IMG/VR virus record: IMGVR_UViG_3300020043_001994
Coordinates: 1 to 30,693 of that record
Direction: 5' to 3' (one strand)
DNA length: 30,693 bases
From: a virus
Taxonomy: Duplodnaviria; Caudoviricetes
Part shown: positions 8,207 through 15,574 of the stretch, one piece after another
Position numbering within the stretch: the first letter of the stretch is position 1
Layout: the number at the start of each line of letters is the position of its first letter
The notes under the pieces: generated by a model
Told to the model about the DNA's origin: nothing
Database searches by the model: none
What the model saw: the letters and a program-made list of their open reading frames with translations, nothing else
Position numbers and translations under genes: made by a program

Positions 8207-8291
8207 CTCGCAACGCTCGATTGATGTCAGCAAGGCTAAATTCTTGGCCTTCCCGCCTTCTGTCCAATAGGGATTTGTGGTCATACATCAA
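8025..8291 (-). CDS. Hypothetical phage protein (LLDRRREG...INRAL...GDL)
   Basis: ATGA-coupled at both ends to 8288..8518 and 7762..8028. Confidence 0.55.
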   Translation of the reverse strand: MMYDHKSLLDRRREGQEFSLADINRALRDAGDLAPKGSDRMDKTLSQETTGIRQSTNTSLVGEPKNGNQKTSWAGWSRYLDYQHEESK

Positions 8292-8518
8292 AACACCTCA
8301 TCATCTTGCCAGTGCTGTTTCGGTGGCTGCGTAAATGCAGCAATGGAAATATCTCGCTTGGTTGCTGGTTTTTTGTCAGACCATTGATGTTCTGAACACA
8401 TCTGGCGCTGTCCTTCCATGTGAACTGCCCAGCGTTTTCCGCAACCAGTAACGCTACATAAACTGTGATTTGTTTCGTCAATTTGATGGTTTTGCTGTTT
8501 GAAATTAGTTAGCGCCAT
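8288..8518 (-). CDS. Small zinc-finger protein
   Basis: CSVTGC...CSEH motif; overlaps the end of the replication gene. Confidence 0.7.
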   Translation of the reverse strand: MALTNFKQQNHQIDETNHSLCSVTGCGKRWAVHMEGQRQMCSEHQWSDKKPATKRDISIAAFTQPPKQHWQDDEVF

Positions 8519-9314
8519 GGTATTTGCCCTCTACGATTTTTGCAAAATTGCTTGGTTTCAAGATCCACTCAAGATCAGCAGTAAATGCCCGACCATCTTT
8601 GCTATTGACTTTTCCAGTTAAGAACTTGGAATGTCCAATGTGTTTGAAAAAGTCTTCCCACCAGTTAAGCACATCTTCGGTTTGGATAGTTTTGCCTTGC
8701 GATAGTTCGATTGCGACCTCTCTCCATCTTTGTCTTAAGTAACCATGTCTTGTTGTATTCCAGACTTCTACTTTTCTCAGTGTTGGCAAATGTTGATGGT
8801 AGAGACTGATAACTGCTTTGTGTTCACAATCAGGTAATTTTTCCTCAGGTTCACCGTCAGGTGGACATATATATTCTTTAATTGGTGTTGGTGTTGGTAT
8901 TGGTGTTGGTGTTGGTAGCTCAACATCCGCTGAGCGTTCGTTAAGCGTTCGTTCAGTATCCGCTTGCCCATCGTTTAGCATTGGGTTAGCCTTTGCTTTA
9001 CGAGCGGTTACCGATGCTTGAGCAGATGCTCTGGCTTTGGCTTGTTTATCCTGCATCTTTAGAATTTCCTCGTCACATCTTGCATGACTCCAGCCTTTGT
9101 CAGTTAACAAGAAAAATTCTTTAAGTACAGTTTCAACTTCTGTCGTGTGATGCCTCATCCTAATAAGTCTTGCTACTTCGACATGATCAGGTGGCAGTTG
9201 AGATTCACGCAGATAGTAGGCATCCAGCAGTCTTCTGTATGCCAAATCTTCCATCGGTTCAAGATGGCCGGTATGGGAAGCATAGTCCCCAAGGTGAAAT
9301 GGGTAGTAATTCAA
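8505..9314 (-). CDS. Replication initiator/replisome organiser, DUF1376 (YdaU-like) N-domain
   Basis: NYYPFHLGDY..HT.HL...E...YRRLLD.YY, repetitive linker, C-terminal ADLEWILKPSNFAKIVEGKY. Likely TTG start at 9314 with SD GAGG. Confidence 0.82.
   Translation of the reverse strand: MNYYPFHLGDYASHTGHLEPMEDLAYRRLLDAYYLRESQLPPDHVEVARLIRMRHHTTEVETVLKEFFLLTDKGWSHARCDEEILKMQDKQAKARASAQASVTARKAKANPMLNDGQADTERTLNERSADVELPTPTPIPTPTPIKEYICPPDGEPEEKLPDCEHKAVISLYHQHLPTLRKVEVWNTTRHGYLRQRWREVAIELSQGKTIQTEDVLNWWEDFFKHIGHSKFLTGKVNSKDGRAFTADLEWILKPSNFAKIVEGKYHGAN
8868..8997. repeat. Iteron-like 11-bp periodic repeats, TTGGTR hexamer array and AT-rich patch (candidate origin)
   Basis: AACATCCGCT 8922, AGCGTTCGTT 8933, AGCGTTCGTT 8944, AGTATCCGCT 8955, with degenerate copies at 8966/8977/8988. 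Six TTGGTR units at 8882-8917. AT-rich 8868-8883. Confidence 0.55.
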
Positions 9315-9318
9315 TTTA

Positions 9319-9406
9319 AACCTCGCAACCCTCCAGAAAAGAAACAATCGGCAGGCGGGAGGTTCGCTTTTCGGTTGGGAGATCAGGCCCAACCTAGCCG
9401 TGTTTC
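9319..9406 (-). ncRNA. Putative cis-regulatory three-way-junction RNA in the rep leader
   Basis: P1 GAAACA-CGGC/GCCG-AU-UGUUUC, P2 GGUUGGG/CCCAACC, P3 GCG/CGC with loop AACCUCC complementary to downstream GGAGG and to the SD GAGGUU. TATAAT lies just upstream at 9411-9416. Confidence 0.6.
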
Positions 9407-9411
9407 AAAAA

Positions 9412-9570
9412 TTATAGCTTCTCAAACCATTCTGGCTTTATGACCATGAGCTGATACAGCCGACCTTTTGGTAACTGTTTCCATTGAGAAACAGCACCCC
9501 GAGTCACACCAAGCAACCTTGCAAGGGCAGCTTGTGAACCAGCTTTTGTAATTGCATCATTTTTTGACAT
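9412..9570 (-). CDS. Cro-like HTH regulator (52 aa, not in ORF track)
   Basis: MSKNDAITKAGSQAALARLLGVTRGAVSQWKQLPKGRLYQLMVIKPEWFEKL: typical Cro/YdaS HTH, divergent from the early operon and upstream of rep. Confidence 0.88.
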   Translation of the reverse strand: MSKNDAITKAGSQAALARLLGVTRGAVSQWKQLPKGRLYQLMVIKPEWFEKL

Positions 9571-9599
9571 CGGTGCATTTTACTATACAAACTTTGTAT
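9571..9599 (-). promoter_or_regulatory. Leaderless promoter for the Cro-like gene, with palindrome
   Basis: TAAAAT lies 6 nt before the ATG with no SD. Palindrome ATACAAA-C-TTTGTAT at 9585-9599. Confidence 0.55.
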
Positions 9600-9601
9600 C
9601 C

Positions 9602-9713
9602 GTATTAGGGAAAGTACCAATAAAAATATCGCATTAATTATTTACTCTTGTATAGAAAGATATACAATACACACATGCCCTGAAGTTATCGGGGTCTTTT
9701 AAAAGGAACTGAA
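9602..9713 (+). promoter_or_regulatory. Early promoter module, copy 1
   Basis: GTATTAGGGAAAGTAC box, A-tract, TTTACT-16-TACAAT, palindrome TTGTATAG-N4-ATATACAA, hairpin GCCCTGA/TCGGGGT, CTTTT, SD AAGGA. Confidence 0.75.
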
Positions 9714-9923
9714 ATGGCACACTTTGTTGAAATCAACCCTACAAAAACTTACGCAACTGTTGAGAATGCTCACAAAGCCGTAGCAAAAAAATACCCATCT
9801 ACAGGTACAGAACTTCGCTACATGGTTCTGACTCACACAGATGGTCGTTTTTACCCTGTGTTCCTTGGTATCAACGCCCTTAATCATGGTGTTCACTTTA
9901 ACGGTTTCAACATTATTGCTTGA
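9714..9923 (+). CDS. Hypothetical early protein
   Basis: 69 aa with a good SD; first gene after the promoter. Confidence 0.75.
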   Translation: MAHFVEINPTKTYATVENAHKAVAKKYPSTGTELRYMVLTHTDGRFYPVFLGINALNHGVHFNGFNIIA

Positions 9924-9929
9924 TGGCCT

Positions 9930-10002
9930 ATCTTGAAGCCCATTCTGTGGGCTTTGAGATATGTCATTCGACATATCACTATTTCGCCCTTCGGGGTCTT
10001 TT
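9930..10002 (+). other. Three consecutive intergenic hairpins
   Basis: ATCTTGAAGCCCA/TGGGCTTTGAGAT 9930-9960, GATATGTC/GACATATC 9958-9977, GCCC-TTCG-GGGT 9986-9997. Confidence 0.6.
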
Positions 10003-10016
10003 AAAGAGGAAAAATA

Positions 10017-10985
10017 ATGGCACATTTAATCGAAAACAACACACAAACAGGCAAGGCAGAAATCGCATACGCGAACAAAACTCCCTGGCATGGTCTTGGT
10101 CAACAGCTTACCCAAGACGCACCAATTGATGTGTGGCGCAAAGAGGCTGGACTTGATTGGGAGGCACAGGTCTCTCCGGTAATGTTTTGGCCTGAAGGTC
10201 TTGCTGCACCACAACAAGTGGAAAACAAAAATGTAATTTTCCGCAATGACAACAAAATTCCACTTGGTGTAGTTTCAGATCGTTACAAAATCCACCAGCC
10301 AGCAGATGTTTTGGACTTTTTTAACACGCTTGTTCAATCGGCTGGTTTTACTCTTGAAGTTGCTGGTGCAATCAAAGGTGGCAAACGTATCTGGGCATTG
10401 GCAAATGTCAACAAAGAATCAGTGGTTTTGAATGATGATGCAGTAAAAGGCTATTTGCTACTTAGCACATCATTTGATGGATCAGCTGCAACGATTGGTC
10501 AATTTACAAGTATTAGAGTAGTCTGCAATAACACCCTTTCTGCCGCTGATACTGAGGCTGCACCAAGTCGAGTAATGTTGACTCATGGCACAGACTTTGA
10601 TGCAAGCCTGATGCGTGAACGCCTTGGCATCATTGTTGGCGGTTTTGATGGAATGATGGACAAATACAGATCGCTTGCCAGAATTGGTGTTTCGACTGGC
10701 TATGCAAAGGGTTTTGTCAGCGAATTATTCCCTGCAATCTTTGATCCACAAACGCAAACCTATAAAGAATCTAGAGGCTTTAAGCGTGTTTTAGAACTGT
10801 TTGATGGTGCTGGAATCGGTGCACAAAAAAGTGGCGTCTACGGCACACGATGGGGTTTGCTGAATGCTGTTACTCAATATATTGACCATGAGCGTGGCCA
10901 TAACGTAGATACACGCATGAACAATGCTTGGTTTGGCAATGGCAACCGACTGAAGTCAGAAGCAGAATCACTTTTATTGGCTTGA
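10017..10985 (+). CDS. DUF932 family protein (phage/plasmid-like TIGR03299)
   Basis: PWHGLG, LGVVSDRY..HQP, AG...GGKRIWALA, S.DGS, RVVCNNTL, GT.WGLLNAVT.Y.DH. Confidence 0.9.
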   Translation: MAHLIENNTQTGKAEIAYANKTPWHGLGQQLTQDAPIDVWRKEAGLDWEAQVSPVMFWPEGLAAPQQVENKNVIFRNDNKIPLGVVSDRYKIHQPADVLDFFNTLVQSAGFTLEVAGAIKGGKRIWALANVNKESVVLNDDAVKGYLLLSTSFDGSAATIGQFTSIRVVCNNTLSAADTEAAPSRVMLTHGTDFDASLMRERLGIIVGGFDGMMDKYRSLARIGVSTGYAKGFVSELFPAIFDPQTQTYKESRGFKRVLELFDGAGIGAQKSGVYGTRWGLLNAVTQYIDHERGHNVDTRMNNAWFGNGNRLKSEAESLLLA

Positions 10986-11012
10986 TGCAGATGAGGCTTC
11001 GGCCTCACTGTA
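10986..11012 (+). terminator. cUUCGg hairpin after DUF932 (terminator or processing site)
   Basis: TGCAG-A-TGAGGC-TTCG-GCCTCA-CTGTA; the U-tract is weak. Confidence 0.5.
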
Positions 11013-11117
11013 TTAGGGAAAGTACTAATAAAAAAAAGATAGAAAACTGTTGCTTCTTGTTTAGAACGCTATACAATACACACATGCCCCGAACTTCTTG
11101 GGGTCTTTTTAGGAGAA
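11010..11117 (+). promoter_or_regulatory. Early promoter module, copy 2
   Basis: GTATTAGGGAAAGTAC box, A-tract, TTGCTT-16-TACAAT, palindrome TTGTTTAG-N4-CTATACAA, hairpin GCCCCGA/TTGGGGT, CTTTT, SD AGGAG. Confidence 0.75.
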
Positions 11118-11321
11118 ATGAAAATGCGCAAACAATTCGAAATCACCGAAGTTTACCTTCAACCAGAATATTTCCATCACCGCCTGAATTGCACAATCCC
11201 TGCTGCTTGGATGGCTGTTTTTAACAATGGTCACGAAGTCGCGATTTGTCGTGAATGGGAAGCATCAACTCCAGAAGATGCTCAAGCCTATTACGAAATG
11301 CATCACGCTGAATACGCATAA
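11118..11321 (+). CDS. Hypothetical early protein
   Basis: 67 aa, SD AGGAG. Confidence 0.7.
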   Translation: MKMRKQFEITEVYLQPEYFHHRLNCTIPAAWMAVFNNGHEVAICREWEASTPEDAQAYYEMHHAEYA

Positions 11322-11330
11322 GGGGTCATC

Positions 11331-11603
11331 ATGATTGAAATCAAACTCCAATACTACTTTGATGATGTTGTTTCTTTTGACGATGGCGAAACAGTTGAAA
11401 CCGTCAAAGTTGGTTATGACTACTACCCTGAAGAAATCAACTATCCCCACGATCATAACTATGCGGAAATGTTTGATGTGTTTGTGTTTGATGCTAAAGG
11501 CAATCACATCACTTACGACATTCCTAATGATGAATACAAACGCCTAATGCAAGAAGCTAAAGCTGACTTTTATCAAATCCAGAAAGACCGCAATGAAATC
11601 TAA
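11331..11603 (+). CDS. Acidic hypothetical protein
   Basis: 90 aa, D/E/Y-rich, SD AAGGGG. Confidence 0.7.
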   Translation: MIEIKLQYYFDDVVSFDDGETVETVKVGYDYYPEEINYPHDHNYAEMFDVFVFDAKGNHITYDIPNDEYKRLMQEAKADFYQIQKDRNEI

Positions 11604-11685
11604 GATCATCACAACTTTAATTGAATGCACCTTGGCCATCATTATTTTTGGCGGCTGGGGTGTTCTTTTGGCATGGAGAGGTTAA
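11593..11685 (+). CDS. 30-aa single-TM peptide (not in track)
   Basis: MKSKIITTLIECTLAIIIFGGWGVLLAWRG fills the gap between neighbours. Confidence 0.6.
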   Translation: MKSKIITTLIECTLAIIIFGGWGVLLAWRG

Positions 11686-11687
11686 GC

Positions 11688-11867
11688 ATGAAAACAACTC
11701 ATTTTATTCATGACGTAGTTTCCACAACTACAAAAGAAACAGTCTGCGCTCATACAGACGGAACGGAATACTTGGTCAAACATATCTACATCAAAGATGG
11801 TTTGAACAACGTATGTGAAATAGTTCTATTCGGTAAAACAACAGAAATTTTAGAAAGTAACAAATGA
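11688..11867 (+). CDS. Hypothetical protein
   Basis: MKTTHFIHD...; SD GAGG; ATGA overlap with ERF. Confidence 0.6.
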   Translation: MKTTHFIHDVVSTTTKETVCAHTDGTEYLVKHIYIKDGLNNVCEIVLFGKTTEILESNK

Positions 11868-12424
11868 AAAATATCGCCACTGCATTGGTTAAGGCACAAA
11901 AGGCCTTTGGTCCAGCTCTTAAATCATCTACCAATCCGCATTTCAAAAGCAAATATGCAGACTTAAGTGCTTGCGTAGAGGCTGTTATTGAGGGATTAAA
12001 CGAAGCTGGCATTGCCATGATTCAAAGAACAAGCGAAGACATGAACGGAGTCACTGTAGAGACTGTATTTATTCACGAATCAGGCGAGATGTTGGAGTGC
12101 GGCAAATTGCATGTTCCAGCCAGCAAACAAGATCCGCAGGGCTATGGTTCAGCTTTGACTTACGCTCGTAGATATAGCCTTATGGCGGCTTGTGGCATCG
12201 CTCCAGAGGACGATGACGGAAATGCAGCTACACGCAAGCCAATTCCTACACCTGACATTACTGACCATTTGGCGGCAATTGAGGCTAGTGGCAATAGCGA
12301 TGAGTTGGCAAAGGTCTATAAAGACGCACTTGCAGCTTGCGAAGGCAATCAGGGACTCCAGGCAAAAGTGATTGCAGCAAAGAAAGCACGAGTCGAGCGT
12401 GCTAAACAGGAGAAAACAGCATGA
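11864..12424 (+). CDS. erf: ERF family single-strand annealing protein
   Basis: NPHFKSKYADL, HESGE, DPQGYGSALTYARRYSL..., EDDDGN. Confidence 0.92.
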   Translation: MKNIATALVKAQKAFGPALKSSTNPHFKSKYADLSACVEAVIEGLNEAGIAMIQRTSEDMNGVTVETVFIHESGEMLECGKLHVPASKQDPQGYGSALTYARRYSLMAACGIAPEDDDGNAATRKPIPTPDITDHLAAIEASGNSDELAKVYKDALAACEGNQGLQAKVIAAKKARVERAKQEKTA

Positions 12425-13056
12425 ACGAAGAACAAGGAACTGAAAGCTGGTTTGCAAATCGCTTGGGCAAAGTCACCGCAAGCCGATTGGCTGATGTGCT
12501 TGCCAAAACAAAAACTGGTTACAGCGCCAGCCGTACTAATTACATGACACAACTTGTCTTGGAGCGCATTACCCAAACTAGAGCTGAGTCATATTCCAAT
12601 GCTGCAATGCAGTGGGGTACGGAACAAGAACCTTTTGCTCGGGCTGCTTATGAGACGCACACAGGTCAAATGGTTGAGGAAGTGGGGTTTATACCTCACC
12701 CAGATATTGAAGCGGCTGGAGCGTCACCTGATGGATTGGTGGGCGATGATGGCATGGTAGAGATCAAATGCCCATCATCAAGCACTGCTTTAGAGTGTTG
12801 GCTAACCCATGCACAAGGTGGCAATCCAGTAGACGCAAAATATTATGCACAGATGCAGTGGCAAATGCGTTGCGCTAACAGGTCTTGGTGCGATTACGTA
12901 GTTTTTGACCCACGGATGCCAGCCAAAGCACAACTTTTTGTTTATCGAGTCGAGCGCAATGCCGATTGGCTCAAGATCGCAGAGGGCGAAGTCCTCACAT
13001 TTTTGGCAGAAGTCGATGCCAAAGTTATTTCCCTTAAATCAATCATTGGAGAATGA
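12421..13056 (+). CDS. YqaJ/lambda-exonuclease family recombination nuclease
   Basis: EQGTESW...R.G.VTAS, MQWG.EQEP.AR, GASPDG, EIKCP, Y..QMQWQM. Confidence 0.92.
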   Translation: MNEEQGTESWFANRLGKVTASRLADVLAKTKTGYSASRTNYMTQLVLERITQTRAESYSNAAMQWGTEQEPFARAAYETHTGQMVEEVGFIPHPDIEAAGASPDGLVGDDGMVEIKCPSSSTALECWLTHAQGGNPVDAKYYAQMQWQMRCANRSWCDYVVFDPRMPAKAQLFVYRVERNADWLKIAEGEVLTFLAEVDAKVISLKSIIGE

Positions 13057-13057
13057 A

Positions 13058-13300
13058 ATGTCAAAAGTAAGTAAAGAAATTTCCTGCATCGTTGGTGAAT
13101 ACCGCAACAGCGAGGGTCAGACAAAAAAGCGTTACCAGAGAATCGGCTCGATCATTGAAACAAAAAATGGTCCGATGCTTAAATTGGACAATATTCCACT
13201 GCGCGAAGGTGGTTGGGATGGTTGGGCATATCTTAATGACCCAAAACCTCAAGAAAATCGCAAACCACAGTTTGATGACGAATCTGATATTCCATTTTAA
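13058..13300 (+). CDS. Small SSB-like protein
   Basis: MSKVSKEIS..GEY....G.TKKRY.RIG, acidic tail DDESDIPF. Start ATG 13058 with SD GGAG. Confidence 0.75.
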   Translation: MSKVSKEISCIVGEYRNSEGQTKKRYQRIGSIIETKNGPMLKLDNIPLREGGWDGWAYLNDPKPQENRKPQFDDESDIPF

Positions 13301-13309
13301 GAGGTCAAC

Positions 13310-13516
13310 ATGAACGCAGCCAGCATTGAAAGTAGCGAACGCTTGAATCGTGTGCTTGATTTGCTGTCTATGGGTGGTGAATTTACTACCTTAGACATCA
13401 TCAAGAACGCTAATGTTTGTGCAGTAAATAGCATTATTTCAGAGCTTAGACAGAATGGGTTTGAAATTGACTGCCAGCGTAGAGGCGAAAAGTGGTTCTA
13501 TAGGCTTGAAAAATAA
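13310..13516 (+). CDS. Winged HTH DNA-binding protein
   Basis: VLDLL..GGEFTTLDI......AVNS.ISELR.NG.EI...WFYRL; SD GAGG. Confidence 0.75.
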   Translation: MNAASIESSERLNRVLDLLSMGGEFTTLDIIKNANVCAVNSIISELRQNGFEIDCQRRGEKWFYRLEK

Positions 13517-13529
13517 GGCATTGCAAATC

Positions 13530-13745
13530 ATGGAAACTTATACACCTAACGAAATGGAAAAAGCATTCATGGATTCATACATGCGATGTGTTTCTATTGG
13601 CAATCGTGACGATGTGCTTTATTTTTTAGAGAACAAAGATAATGCGACCGAGGCTGTAGTTGATCTAACTTATACGTGGCCAACCATCGAAGATGCATGG
13701 TTAATGTGGCGCGATGCCATGAATTACGCAAAGAAAATATCATGA
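13530..13745 (+). CDS. Hypothetical protein
   Basis: METYTPNE...IEDAWLMW; coupled to the next gene. Confidence 0.6.
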   Translation: METYTPNEMEKAFMDSYMRCVSIGNRDDVLYFLENKDNATEAVVDLTYTWPTIEDAWLMWRDAMNYAKKIS

Positions 13746-13909
13746 AAAGCTATCAAGTCACATTCAAATATGAAACCTACGCTCATTACACCGTAGAGGC
13801 TATCGACCAAGCTGAGGCAGAAAACATAGCCCTTGGATTACTACAACATGACGAGGGCGACTATTTACACAATGGTGAATGGACAGACACGGAGATTGAA
13901 GAATTATGA
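13742..13909 (+). CDS. Small acidic hypothetical protein
   Basis: MKSYQVTFKYE....VEA....EAE..A; ATGA overlaps. Confidence 0.65.
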   Translation: MKSYQVTFKYETYAHYTVEAIDQAEAENIALGLLQHDEGDYLHNGEWTDTEIEEL

Positions 13910-14070
13910 AAAATTCAAACTTTGAAACACCCCGAAACTTTGCAGACTGCACTTGGGTGCAAGGTTATGGCAAACCAGAGCCACTTTGGGAGCGTGTAGC
14001 TGGCTATGTATTGGCTTTTGCTATTGGAGTTTGCTTGGCTCTTACTTTTGTGGCATGGTGGTCGTCATGA
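13906..14070 (+). CDS. 54-aa membrane protein (not in track)
   Basis: MKNSNFETPRNFADC...VAGYVLAFAIGVCLALTFVAWWSS; ATGA overlaps at both ends. Confidence 0.65.
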   Translation: MKNSNFETPRNFADCTWVQGYGKPEPLWERVAGYVLAFAIGVCLALTFVAWWSS

Positions 14071-14279
14071 CACAAGATGAACTCATTGAGATGGCTAAAC
14101 AGTCTGGTGCTTTTATAGTCAATATAGGTTATTGGGCATTTGGAGAAGAAGATATTGAACGCTTTGCCAAGCTAGTAGCACAGCATGAGCGTGAGGCGTG
14201 TGCAAAGGTGTGTGATGACCATTGTGGTTGGACACCAAGAATGATTGGCGAAACCATCCGAGCAAGGGGACAAGCATGA
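14067..14279 (+). CDS. Hypothetical phage protein (EREACAKVC...IRARG motif)
   Basis: MTQDELIEMAKQSG...ERFAKLVAQHEREACAKVCD. Confidence 0.7.
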   Translation: MTQDELIEMAKQSGAFIVNIGYWAFGEEDIERFAKLVAQHEREACAKVCDDHCGWTPRMIGETIRARGQA

Positions 14280-14467
14280 TGCCATCTATAGACATGGGTT
14301 CAACCCATGAAAGCCATAAGTTCAAACTATGTGCTAAATGCGACATTGATAAACCACCAGAAGGAGGAATTGACATGGGAGCTAAGTGGAACTGCCAATC
14401 GTGTTGGTTAAAACGAATCACAGGCGTACACCTGAAACAAAATCGAATCAATGGAGGTGCTAAATGA
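14276..14467 (+). CDS. Small zinc-finger protein
   Basis: CAKC...KPPEGG...WNCQSC. Confidence 0.65.
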   Translation: MMPSIDMGSTHESHKFKLCAKCDIDKPPEGGIDMGAKWNCQSCWLKRITGVHLKQNRINGGAK

Positions 14468-14670
14468 TCCACACCGATGAAGATGACGAGTTTGAGCGTA
14501 TTGAACATGAAAATGCAATAAAGTCCGGTCAACCCTATCACTTTGATATTTTCGTTTCTCCATCACAACGAAATCAAGTATTAGAAGAAGTTGCTCAAGA
14601 ACTCGCAAAACTACCATTTGGAGATACGGCTGCATCATTTTCTATTTTTGTGCGAAATATGAAAAAATGA
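14464..14670 (+). CDS. Hypothetical phage protein
   Basis: RNQVLEEVA...FGDTAASF..FVR.MK; SD GGAGG. Confidence 0.7.
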   Translation: MIHTDEDDEFERIEHENAIKSGQPYHFDIFVSPSQRNQVLEEVAQELAKLPFGDTAASFSIFVRNMKK

Positions 14671-15128
14671 GAAAAAGAACAAAGCGTAAGATTTGGTCAA
14701 CTCAGATCAATACGATCACACATGCTCTAACAGGAGCTGCCATAACAGAAAGAGATAAGCTAGACAAACTCCGACTCATGGAGTACTCAGCTTTAGATGC
14801 GATGGTTAAGGGTTCTGGCACTATCTCTGATTGGCGCACATTGGTCGATGTGTTAAATCTATCTGAAATGATGGGTAAAAGTGGCGTAGGTCCAGAAGTG
14901 TTACCTATATGCCAGATAGCACAGGATAGCCTTCACAAAGCCGCATTACGCTATCAAGAGACAATGCAAATGGGCTTAGATGGTGTTGGAATTAAAGCGA
15001 TTAGGGAATTGCTTGAATACGCTGATCTGCAACAAGGTAGTATCGCAAGATCAGAGTTTGAAAAATACATTCAAAAAACAAAACACTATATTCAATCTAA
15101 TGGCAATCTAGTGGTAGAAATTGAATAA
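14667..15128 (+). CDS. Hypothetical phage protein
   Basis: 153 aa with a basic N-terminus; last gene of the early operon. Confidence 0.75.
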   Translation: MRKRTKRKIWSTQINTITHALTGAAITERDKLDKLRLMEYSALDAMVKGSGTISDWRTLVDVLNLSEMMGKSGVGPEVLPICQIAQDSLHKAALRYQETMQMGLDGVGIKAIRELLEYADLQQGSIARSEFEKYIQKTKHYIQSNGNLVVEIE

Positions 15129-15136
15129 CTGGTCAG

Positions 15137-15574
15137 TTATGCAAAAGGTCTAGTACCTGCCTTATCAATGATAAGTGCCTGCTTGCGTGGGCTAGTGTCC
15201 TCGCTATTTGAGATGCTTATATGTGTCCAGCGATCAAATTCACGAATAACTTGATCATAGGCAATAGTGCTGGAAACAATTTTTCGCACTACCTCATCTG
15301 GTGTCATTCCTGGCACTCGAAAGTCACAGGCGCAACCAGTCCGATGCTGTGACGAGTCTTTTGAACCAACTGCATCATTGACGAGCTTTGTGCGCAGGCC
15401 AGAGCTGATCATGATCGGCTTTCCACCCAACACAACCTTAACCTGCTCCAGAAAGTCTGCTAAACGAGTCAGATTGGCTAGTTCGGTGTCATTGGGACTG
15501 TTGTCCCAACCATTACGTTCTGCAATCTCTGAGGCTGTAAGTTCTTCGAGTGTGAAGTGAGGTGTGAGATTCAT
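15137..15574 (-). CDS. Endolysin, peptidase M15A-like
   Basis: LTPHFTLEEL, ISSGLR, N.AVG...SSQH..G.ACD, WTHIS. Confidence 0.85.
   Translation of the reverse strand: MNLTPHFTLEELTASEIAERNGWDNSPNDTELANLTRLADFLEQVKVVLGGKPIMISSGLRTKLVNDAVGSKDSSQHRTGCACDFRVPGMTPDEVVRKIVSSTIAYDQVIREFDRWTHISISNSEDTSPRKQALIIDKAGTRPFA

Noticed and set aside
9315-9392. N-terminal extension of the replication protein given in the ORF track
   Set aside because: The family motif begins at NYYPFH with SD GAGG and TTG at 9314; the extension coincides with the structured RNA.
9341-9406. Hammerhead ribozyme (CUGAU and GAAA present)
   Set aside because: CUGAUC sits in a hairpin loop rather than the junction and lacks the CUGAnGA core.
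9602-11110. Repeats considered as a CRISPR array or att sites
   Set aside because: Only two full copies 1.4 kb apart, no spacers, cas or integrase; promoter features explain them.
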